A DNA stretch of 64,000 bases from positions 32,001-96,000 of the IMG/VR virus record IMGVR_UViG_3300028048_003227. The stretch is one strand, 5' to 3'. This stretch comes from a virus (taxonomy: Duplodnaviria > Caudoviricetes). The notes beneath the pieces are model-generated. The model was not told the origin of the DNA and ran no database searches. It saw only the letters and a list, made by a program, of their open reading frames with translations. The position numbers and the translations under genes are program-made. Shown here in pieces: positions 31,431-38,796 of this stretch (its first letter is position 1; each line of letters starts with the position of its first letter).

Positions 31431-32613
31431 TTTAATAACTAAATAATTTCATTATATTTCGTATATATAAATGAAAAATAAATAATATAATATGTACATT
31501 CCAGATTTTATTCGTAATGCAAAATCAGGAGATATCCTTGCAACAAAATATGGCAATCTTCTTATGGTCGCCAGAGTAGAAATAGAAGGTAAAGATGTTT
31601 GTATTTATCATTATTTTGATTGGTGCGAGAAAATTGGCCTTCAAATGAACGAATGGCTCTATGGATTCTATGGCCCAAGATATGATGAGAATGAGAACTT
31701 CTATCGTCCTGCTACTGATGAAGAAAAGGTTTTCTTCCTCGACAAAATGAAGGAGTTTGGATATGAGCTCCGTGAAATGTATGGGGATATGGTGCCCCAA
31801 CTCACGGCTGATGGATACAAAAAGTTTTACCCAGCGAAAGCATAAAAGATAAATACTATGTGGGAAATAATTAAAAATATCCTCTTATATCTCTACCTCT
31901 CTGCATCAGGACTGTCGTTCATCTGTGTTATAGCAGCGTTGATCTATGTAAGACTGGGTGGAGAATTAGAGATAAAGTACACAAATGAAGAAGAATAAGT
32001 ATGGATGCTAAAGAATTATTTACATATTGCTGTCAGTATGCGTGTGGTATTCTATCCTATGAAGAATACCATTCTATGGGATTAGATGGTTTTCGTAGTT
32101 GGGTGAAGGAACACATCATCCCTATTCCTAAATCAGAACTAGAAGTGGGAAAAGAGTACTCAGGTATTTGTAGAAATTCAAGTAGAGCAATCTGGAACGG
32201 AAAAATATTTCAGTATATGAGAAGGAAATTTGGTAGTGAATTTCTTGAAGAAATCAATCATTATGAAGATGATAATGATGATAGCTATGATGTGTTTGTT
32301 CCAGTAAAAGAAATATTTCGTGAATAAAGCTATTACATCACATAAGAGAAAAAATAATGTGAGGGTCTTGCTCTTGAAGCAAAAGAAGAAATGTATAAAA
32401 CTAAATAGATATGACTTTTATTTGTAAAGAAGATTTAGTAGAAATGCTTACTAAAGAAATGAATATTGCTCACTCGCTTTCTTATAATAGTGAGGGAATT
32501 ATAGATAATCAGGGCAACTATTTACCAGGTTGTGACTTTCATAGGAGCCTTGCACAAATGGAATACAATACCTTAAAAATTGTTTATGACTTTGTTCAAA
32601 ATATGAAAACAAT

Positions 32614-33048
32614 ATGATTACTGAAGATTACGTCAGTTTTGAAACCGCCAAACTCTTGAAAGAAAAAGGGTTTGATTGGCCGGAATCTCCATTTTATTCA
32701 GAGCAAGATAGAGATGAGTGGCGGCAGAACAATAGTTACACCGTTCCTAATGAAGAATATAATCCCGAACTTCCTTTTGATTCAGAAACATTGACACTGG
32801 TGGCTCCACACGTTTCACTTCAAATGGCAATGAAATGGCTGAGAGAAAAACATCATTACAATATTGAGATTGACACCATTGGTCTAAAATACCTCAATAC
32901 TTTGTCGTGGAGAAGTGTGATTTATAATCCGGAATATGATATGGAATGCTATTATGAAGACGGTTTTAAGACTTACGAAGAAGCCTGTGAAGCAGCCATT
33001 AAGTATTGTTTAGAGAATTTGGTTTGTGAAAAAGAGATAGAACTATGA
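32614..33048 (+). CDS. Paralogue family A (MITEDYVSFETAKLL / LQMAMKWL / ACEAAIKYCLENL), copy 1
   Basis: Three conserved blocks shared by five copies. Confidence 0.7.
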   Translation: MITEDYVSFETAKLLKEKGFDWPESPFYSEQDRDEWRQNNSYTVPNEEYNPELPFDSETLTLVAPHVSLQMAMKWLREKHHYNIEIDTIGLKYLNTLSWRSVIYNPEYDMECYYEDGFKTYEEACEAAIKYCLENLVCEKEIEL

Positions 33049-33437
33049 GCGGAGGTTCGCTTTGTGATTACCAGCAATACCACATTAGGGATATGTGGGA
33101 ACGGATACAAGAAGAAATTGACAATAACAATAAACCATACTATGAGAATCCAGAGGATGATTGGGAAGAACTGGCTAACAAGGATTTCTTTAAAGAAGGT
33201 GGTAAGCGTTATTCCGATGAAACAATAGCGGAGTTCAAGAATGGAGTTGAAATACTAAAGAAAGCATATATCTATGCACAAAGAATAGATCGGTTATTAT
33301 CTGGAGATGATGGAGAAGAGTCATTCCATAAGAGACTTAAAGAAGAATTGCAACAAGTGAACTACCAGGGCAATTCACTATCGGATAAATATATGGAAAA
33401 ATTAAAGAATTTAAGAGAATCGGTTATTTTTAAATAA
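33045..33437 (+). CDS. Hypothetical phage protein
   Basis: 'MSGGS...RIDRLLSGDDGEESF' is a recurrent phage motif. Confidence 0.6.
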   Translation: MSGGSLCDYQQYHIRDMWERIQEEIDNNNKPYYENPEDDWEELANKDFFKEGGKRYSDETIAEFKNGVEILKKAYIYAQRIDRLLSGDDGEESFHKRLKEELQQVNYQGNSLSDKYMEKLKNLRESVIFK

Positions 33438-33612
33438 ATGAGAAAGATATACGCATACAACAACCTCCCCCTCGAAGCCCAATTAAAAGACTTTGAGTAA
33501 ATTTGTTGTGTGCACCTTTCAAAGATTTGGTATAACATATGTAACTACGATCTCGGGTGCAAAAGCATTCGAGATTTTTTTATTTTTCACTAAATTTTAA
33601 AATTTTTTTGAC

Positions 33613-33640
33613 ATATATAATTTGTAAGAGTTATTTGAAA
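33613..33640 (+). promoter_or_regulatory. Putative promoter plus boxA-like element of the tRNA island (18-mer repeated at 34102-34119)
   Basis: ATATATAATTTGTAAGAG occurs twice, each just upstream of a tRNA subcluster; here followed by GTTATTTGAAA. Confidence 0.5.
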
Positions 33641-33643
33641 TAT

Positions 33644-33771
33644 GAATATGTGAAGCAGATGGGATGTGCTACTAGAGAAAATCAAAACGCTAGGCACCTA
33701 CTTGAAAAAGTTTGATAGGGAGTTAAGAGAATGTTATTTAGGCTATGTTGGTTCGAATCCAACCATATTCA
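33644..33771 (+). ncRNA. Atypical tRNA-like element with enlarged central region
   Basis: Acceptor GAATATG/CATATTC and perfect T-arm GTTGG-TTCGAAT-CCAAC; no canonical anticodon arm. Confidence 0.55.
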
Positions 33772-33778
33772 CAAGGAA

Positions 33779-33853
33779 GGTCTCGTGGCGCAACTGGATG
33801 AGCGCACCAGTCTTTTAAACTGGGGGTTATGGGTTCGAGTCCCATCGGGATCA
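33779..33853 (+). tRNA. tRNA-Lys(TTT)
   Basis: Canonical cloverleaf; CCAGT-CTTTTAA-ACTGG. Confidence 0.92.
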
Positions 33854-33972
33854 CAAAATAAGTTCGTTGAAATAAAATCAATCCGCCCAGTCGGAAAAGT
33901 AAGGTAAAGTAAAAGATACTTTGTAAAACGTCGATTCGTACGCCTGAAATAAAAAAGTGGTACTTGATTTAT

Positions 33973-34055
33973 GGGGATATGCTGAAACTGGTAGACAGGC
34001 ATGCTTGAGGTGCATGTGGGTTAATCCCGTGAGAGTTCGAGTCTCTCTATCCCCA
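33973..34055 (+). tRNA. tRNA-Leu(GAG)
   Basis: Type II cloverleaf; CATGC-TTGAGGT-GCATG. Confidence 0.92.
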
Positions 34056-34142
34056 CAAAAAAAACAACAAATTTTTACTAAATCTTTACAACATGTTTAG
34101 TATATATAATTTGTAAGAGAGATCATTAAAATAACGAATTTT

Positions 34143-34216
34143 CCTCTGGTGGCGCAGTTGGTTAGCGCAGGAAGCTTATACCTTCAAGGTCGGTGGTTCA
34201 AGTCCATCCTAGAGGA
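34143..34216 (+). tRNA. tRNA-Ile(TAT)
   Basis: Cloverleaf; GAAG-CTTATAC-CTTC. Confidence 0.82.
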
Positions 34217-34365
34217 CCGGGATAATGATATCTCGAAGTTCTTTGACAAGTTTGGAAAGATATATAATATGAGTTATGATGAACAAATCCTCGGAGGACA
34301 TGAGTTCCTCTGTGGTGTACCACAATCGGGTGGTACTTCGCCAGGGCAGTAATGTCTTGGCTTTA

Positions 34366-34519
34366 CGGGATGTAGTTCAGTTGGTAGAATGCCTGGTTTG
34401 GTTACAGTTAACCAATAGCTGAGAAATTGGTGTTCGGATATAATAAAGGAAGATTCATGAGTTCGAATCTCATATATCCGACGACCAGGTGGTCCTCCGT
34501 TCGAGTCGGAGTATCCCGA
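34366..34519 (+). tRNA. tRNA-Pro(TGG) interrupted by an 81-nt insertion (34402-34482)
   Basis: Joining 34366-34401 and 34483-34519 gives a complete cloverleaf with CCTGG-TTTGGGA-CCAGG. Confidence 0.85.
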
Positions 34520-34557
34520 CTTAATAAATGTCATTTAATATTTTATTATATTTATAT

Positions 34558-35418
34558 ATGATAAATATTTGTAAATATTGTGGCAAAAAATTTGAAACTT
34601 CTAACTCAAAACAAGTTTTCTGCAGTAAAGAGTGTAGTGCAAAATATCAACAACAAAATGCAATAGATAGTGTTAAAAAATATAAAGAGATTCGAATTCA
34701 AAAGTATTACGAATCTCCAAAGAAATGCAAATATTGCGATTCTATTTTACCGTATGAAGAGAGATCTAAAACATTTTGTAATTCTTCTTGCGCCGCCGCA
34801 TATAATAATTCAAAAAGAATTAGACATTCTTGGAGTGATGAACAGAAAAAGAATTTATCTGAAATAATGATTAATAAACACAAAGATAATTATAATGATA
34901 ATTCTTCAAACACCACAACCACACCCAGAAAGAAAATATGTAAGTATTGTGGAAAAGAATTTGTTTCTCATCAATTATCAAGTGGTAAATATTCAAGTTC
35001 TAAATTTTGTTCACATGAATGTAAAAGGTTAAACAATATAGAAGTTGGTAAAAAAGCTATAATCATAAACAAAGAAAAAGGAACGTGGAAGCCTTGGCAA
35101 AGTAGAAATATTAGTTCTTATCCCGAAAAATTTTTCGAAAAGGTTTTAGATAATAACTTTATATCATATATAAGAGAAAAATACATTGATGGTTATTTTT
35201 TAGATTTTTATATAGAGAAAAACAATAGAGTTATCGATTTGGAAATAGATGGGGATCAACACGAAGAAACACAGGAAAAAGATCGAATAAGAGATGAATA
35301 TTTAAAAGATCAAAATATTGAGGTGTATAGAATTAAATGGAATTCTATTAATTCAAATAAGGGAAAAGAATCTATGAAAAACAAAATAGATGATTTTTTA
35401 AGTTTCTATAATAAATAA
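34558..35418 (+). CDS. Free-standing endonuclease (zinc-ribbon repeats plus DUF559/Vsr-like domain)
   Basis: Three 'CKYC...FCS..C' units; 'YFLDF...LEIDGDQH...DRIRD...VYRIKW'. Confidence 0.78.
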   Translation: MINICKYCGKKFETSNSKQVFCSKECSAKYQQQNAIDSVKKYKEIRIQKYYESPKKCKYCDSILPYEERSKTFCNSSCAAAYNNSKRIRHSWSDEQKKNLSEIMINKHKDNYNDNSSNTTTTPRKKICKYCGKEFVSHQLSSGKYSSSKFCSHECKRLNNIEVGKKAIIINKEKGTWKPWQSRNISSYPEKFFEKVLDNNFISYIREKYIDGYFLDFYIEKNNRVIDLEIDGDQHEETQEKDRIRDEYLKDQNIEVYRIKWNSINSNKGKESMKNKIDDFLSFYNK

Positions 35419-35428
35419 ACTCATATTT

Positions 35429-36120
35429 GGCCTCGTGGTGGAATAGGTAGACACAAGGGACTCGTAAAGCATTGATTTATAATCATTATAATCAATTATG
35501 GGTTGCACCCTCCGAAAGGAGAGATGTAGAACCTCCCTAATTCGGTGAAAGCTAAGTTTGGATGTACAGGAATGTATCGGATAATCGTCTAAATTAGTTG
35601 GTGAATTATCAACAGTAGTACATAGTTAACTGATTTTCAGTAATGATAGCAGTCGTTTAGAATCTATGTGTAAGAAGACAGTCCAGATATGCTAATACCG
35701 AGCCAATGTTAAAATTACGAAATAGGTGATGCCGTAGGTGAATAGCTTCAGCCGAAAGTACAACACGCCGACCAACCCCAGCGGGAGTATGTTCGTAACC
35801 AATAGACAGTGTGTAGAGACTATACAGGAGGGACCTAAGTTGAAAGTATAATAATGGCGCGAAATTTAGTTAGTTTGTTAACTGCTAATACCGATTATAG
35901 AGATGTATACTCTTCATATCGGTGCTAAAATAAGGTTATTATCTTGCAAGATTTCAATATGGTTAAGAGAGAGTCCAGACCACGAACAATGTTCTCAATA
36001 GATTAAAGAGTTTATTCGCCTACATGGTTCTATTGAATGAAGTTGGTAGCAAAAGCTATAGTGGTACGTAAAATCCCTCGGACAGCAATGTCCGTGCCGG
36101 TTCGACTCCGGCCGGGGCTA
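35429..36120 (+). tRNA. tRNA-Leu(TAA) interrupted by a group I intron
   Basis: Exons 35429-35462 and 36069-36120 give AGGGA-CTTAAAA-TCCCT and a long variable arm. Confidence 0.88.
35463..36068 (+). mobile_element. Group I intron (606 nt, no ORF)
   Basis: 5' exon ends in U and intron ends in G; core elements AATTCGGTGAA (P), AATACCGAGC (Q), GTAGAGACTA (R), AAGAGAGAGTCC (S). Confidence 0.88.
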
Positions 36121-36125
36121 CAAAT

Positions 36126-36212
36126 GGGAGTCTTGGTAGCTGGAAAAATCAGCAGACTGTAAATCTGTCGCATACAAATAAGCCTATGGGGGTTCGAGTC
36201 CCTCGGCTCCCA
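36126..36212 (+). tRNA. tRNA-Tyr(GTA)
   Basis: GCAGA-CTGTAAA-TCTGT, long variable arm, weak D-arm. Confidence 0.8.
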
Positions 36213-36221
36213 CACTCATAT

Positions 36222-36338
36222 ATCACTTTAGCTCAAGAGTTCGTTATCAAAGACACGTTGGTCTTCGAGACTGACGTTATAAAAGAGCCCCGGATTTTAC
36301 TGGGAGATGTGCCGTGCAACGAGTAGGTACAGGTGATG
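36222..36338 (+). ncRNA. Degenerate or expanded tRNA-like element
   Basis: ATCACTT/AGGTGAT acceptor, GCTC/GAGC D-stem with a very large loop, CCCGG/CTGGG arm, enlarged T-loop. Confidence 0.45.
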
Positions 36339-36344
36339 ATTTAT

Positions 36345-36437
36345 TACGGATTAGCTCAGAGGTTAGAGCTTAATTGGATGAACCCGAGTTCTTACATAAG
36401 GCATCAGTGGTCGTAGGTTCGAATCCTGCATCCGTAG
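36345..36437 (+). ncRNA. tRNA-like element with expanded anticodon arm
   Basis: Intact acceptor TACGGAT/ATCCGTA, D-arm and T-arm; anticodon region about 20 nt too long. Confidence 0.6.
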
Positions 36438-36527
36438 CAAGAACCAACTGGTAGGAGGTAGTATACACAATTGGGTGAGTTGCGAGCTATATTCGCGCTG
36501 TGGGGTGTATAATTTGGTTCTTTTTGT

Positions 36528-36602
36528 GGTCCTGTAGCCCAACTGGAAGATGGCAATAGACTTAGGATCTATTCAGTGAGAGTTCGAATCTCTCCAGGAC
36601 TA
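36528..36602 (+). tRNA. tRNA-Leu(TAG), short variable arm
   Basis: ATAGA-CTTAGGA-TCTAT; 5-nt variable loop. Confidence 0.85.
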
Positions 36603-36604
36603 CT

Positions 36605-36787
36605 AAATATCAAGTGAGGGTAGAAGGAATGCCTTGAGATTTTGAAGAGTAGGTTGCAGTGAAATTCAAAATTGAGATAGGAGACGGTGGTACAGGGTTC
36701 TGTGAGAAATTCGATATGTGCATGGAACCCCGAGGCCGATGGAGTTCTCGACTGACTGCAAGGTTGGAGAACAGTAACTTGATATTT
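36605..36787 (+). ncRNA. Unassigned multibranch structured RNA with predicted kissing loops
   Basis: 11-bp terminal stem AAATATCAAGT/ACTTGATATTT; loops TTGCAGT and ACTGCAA are complementary. Confidence 0.6.
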
Positions 36788-36791
36788 TTAT

Positions 36792-36865
36792 TGAAGTGTA
36801 GCGCAATTGGTCAGAGCATCAGATTTTGGTTCTGAGGGTTGTGAGTTCGAGTCTCACCACTTCAA
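36792..36865 (+). tRNA. tRNA-Gln(TTG)
   Basis: TCAGA-TTTTGGT-TCTGA. Confidence 0.9.
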
Positions 36866-36885
36866 CAAAATAACTCATATGGAAA

Positions 36886-36960
36886 GACCTCGTAGCTCAG
36901 TTGGTTTAGAGCACCTCCCTTTTAAGGAGGGGGTCACGAGTTCGAGCCTCGTCGGGGTCA
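36886..36960 (+). tRNA. tRNA-Lys(TTT), second distinct gene
   Basis: CCTCC-CTTTTAA-GGAGG. Confidence 0.9.
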
Positions 36961-37045
36961 CAAATAGTATGGGTCAAAAGACATAATCTTGCAAGGATTA
37001 TAATACAGTAACTAATCCCATACTTTTAAATCCACAATGGCAGAT

Positions 37046-37093
37046 GCGCACAGTCCCGGAGTGGTTGAGGGAGGAGGGCTTGCAATAACCTCC
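37046..37093 (+). pseudogene. Possible 5' half of tRNA-Cys(GCA)
   Basis: D-arm-like CCC..TGG..GGG and GGAGG/CCTCC arm around TTGCAA; no T-arm follows. Confidence 0.35.
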
Positions 37094-37104
37094 AAACAAT
37101 AGGA

Positions 37105-37179
37105 AGCCTTGTAAGCTTAATTGGTAGAGTCCTGATCAGAAGGTCGGGGGGGTTAAGAGTTCGAATCTCTTCAAGGCAA
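37105..37179 (+). ncRNA. tRNA-like element with non-canonical anticodon loop
   Basis: GCCTTG/CAAGGC acceptor, perfect T-arm, arm CCTGATC-AGAA-GGTCGGG. Confidence 0.55.
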
Positions 37180-37237
37180 CTAATTCTAAATGTTTTTCAT
37201 TTCTTATATATTTTTAATAAATTAAACACAGATTTAC

Positions 37238-37675
37238 ATGAAGAAACTTTTTCTTGCTATCGCAATGATGTTTGGAGCACTCGCTGCTACATCTTGCAAG
37301 GATACTGTTGCAGTTGTGTACAGTATCAATGTTGAGGGAAGCGCTAACGGTGACGTGGTTGTGACTTTCCCTAACGGTAATCTTGAACTTAATGGACAGA
37401 CCGGTCTTCTTTTCGCTTATTCAAATGATACCGCTCCTCTCACTAAGGCTGCTGTAAAGGGTGTTGCTGTTGAGGAAGCTGCAGAGAGTGATCAGAAGGA
37501 GGTTCGTTCCCTCGCAGAGACCATCGAGAGTGGGTTTACTGTTGTCTTTAAGGATGCCACCGCTGGTGGTGAGTATCACGTAAAGATTCACGGATATGCT
37601 AAGGAGCCTACCACAGGTATTACTATCCTGATTGATAAGTCCTTTGATTATCCCGCTCCTGTTGATCAGAAGTAA
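37238..37675 (+). CDS. Lipoprotein
   Basis: Signal peptide MKKLFLAIAMMFGALAATS-C with lipobox; codon bias similar to the capsid gene. Confidence 0.8.
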   Translation: MKKLFLAIAMMFGALAATSCKDTVAVVYSINVEGSANGDVVVTFPNGNLELNGQTGLLFAYSNDTAPLTKAAVKGVAVEEAAESDQKEVRSLAETIESGFTVVFKDATAGGEYHVKIHGYAKEPTTGITILIDKSFDYPAPVDQK

Positions 37676-37705
37676 TTATGATTTGCCACTGTGTGGCAAA
37701 TTTAT

Positions 37706-37778
37706 GCTCGGTTAGTGAAGTGGTAATCACGCTACCCTTTCAAGGTAGAGTCGCGCTGTTCAATTCAGGCACCGAGTA
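37706..37778 (+). tRNA. tRNA-Glu(TTC)
   Basis: CTACC-CTTTCAA-GGTAG; bulged T-stem. Confidence 0.8.
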
Positions 37779-37805
37779 CAAATTATTATTTATAGTAAAT
37801 TAAAC

Positions 37806-37878
37806 GGCTTGGTGGCGCAATGGTCAGCGCAATTGACTGTTAATCAATGGGTTATAGGTTCGAGTCCTGTCCAAGCCG
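37806..37878 (+). tRNA. tRNA-Asn(GTT)
   Basis: ATTGA-CTGTTAA-TCAAT. Confidence 0.92.
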
Positions 37879-37887
37879 CAAAAATAT

Positions 37888-37961
37888 GGTGCATTGGTGA
37901 AGCTGGTTATCATGCTACCCTGTCACGGTAGAGTTCGTCGGTTCGAACCCGTCATGCACCG
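37888..37961 (+). tRNA. tRNA-Asp(GTC)
   Basis: CTACC-CTGTCAC-GGTAG. Confidence 0.9.
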
Positions 37962-38067
37962 CGTGAGCCCGAAGTACAAGGGATCGAAGATAGGAAATCT
38001 TTGTCATTTCCTCCGAATCGTAGGTCGGCACAGTTACATCTCTGGGGATAGTATAAAAGATGTTTAT

Positions 38068-38142
38068 GGGGCCGTAGCAAAATTGGTAACCGCGCAGCAT
38101 TTGCACTGCTGAGATTTGAGGGTTCGAGTCCCTTCGGCTCCA
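38068..38142 (+). tRNA. tRNA-Ala(TGC)
   Basis: CAGCA-TTTGCAC-TGCTG; G3:U70 present. Confidence 0.9.
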
Positions 38143-38440
38143 CGACTTGTACAACTAACGCTTCACGGAATAAACTCGATGGATTGGAGAAACATCGGGG
38201 TGTGAACCGCAAAAGGTGATATAAGCAGGTGTAGGATGATGTCATTAACTCCAAATATAGGACATGTAAAGTAACACTGAAGGGTATCACTGGAAGAGTA
38301 CTAAGAGAAATCCTTTTTAGAGACTGTGTCAACATGTGTTAGTTTAGGTATTGCCCATCAACCAAGCAGTTGAATGGGGTAACGGGATCGCTCGAAGAAC
38401 GATTCTTGGGTTGGCCGCATTACCGTAAATGCGGCATTTT

Positions 38441-38600
38441 GGGAGCATAGCTCAGTTGGTTTAGAGCACCTGCCTTAATACAGGGTAATCCACTGTGACG
38501 GATTAGCAAGATGTTAAAAGTGGTGAAGTGCATAATAAGAGTTCGATTCTCTTCATCTTGCCCAAGCAGGGGGTCATTAGTTCGAATCTAATTGTTCCCA
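38441..38600 (+). tRNA. tRNA-Val(TAC) interrupted by an 85-nt insertion (38478-38562)
   Basis: Joining 38441-38477 and 38563-38600 gives CCTGC-CTTACAA-GCAGG in a typical Val body. Confidence 0.85.
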
Positions 38601-38796
38601 CACATAGACATACATGGAGGTTTGTGTGCAGACCTTTGCAAGTCCGTTAATGATCAGACGGATACTACATAGATCCATAGAAATACAGCTGGTACCTGAT
38701 CACAATATAGTTAACCTCCACCCATATCATATTTATATCTTTCCAAACTTGCATAGGATTCTGTAAAGAATCCTTTTTATTTATTTATTTTTTATT

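Noticed and set aside
37985-38040. HDV-like (theta) ribozyme at ATT-TCCTCCG-AAT after tRNA-Asp
   Set aside because: A P3/L3-like hairpin is present, but I could not build P1 and P2
34402-38562. Treating the Pro/Val inserts as archaeal BHB or group I introns, or as assembly chimeras
   Set aside because: No bulge-helix-bulge, no terminal G or catalytic core; the flanking exon halves pair exactly and the two inserts share an architecture, which a chimera would not give
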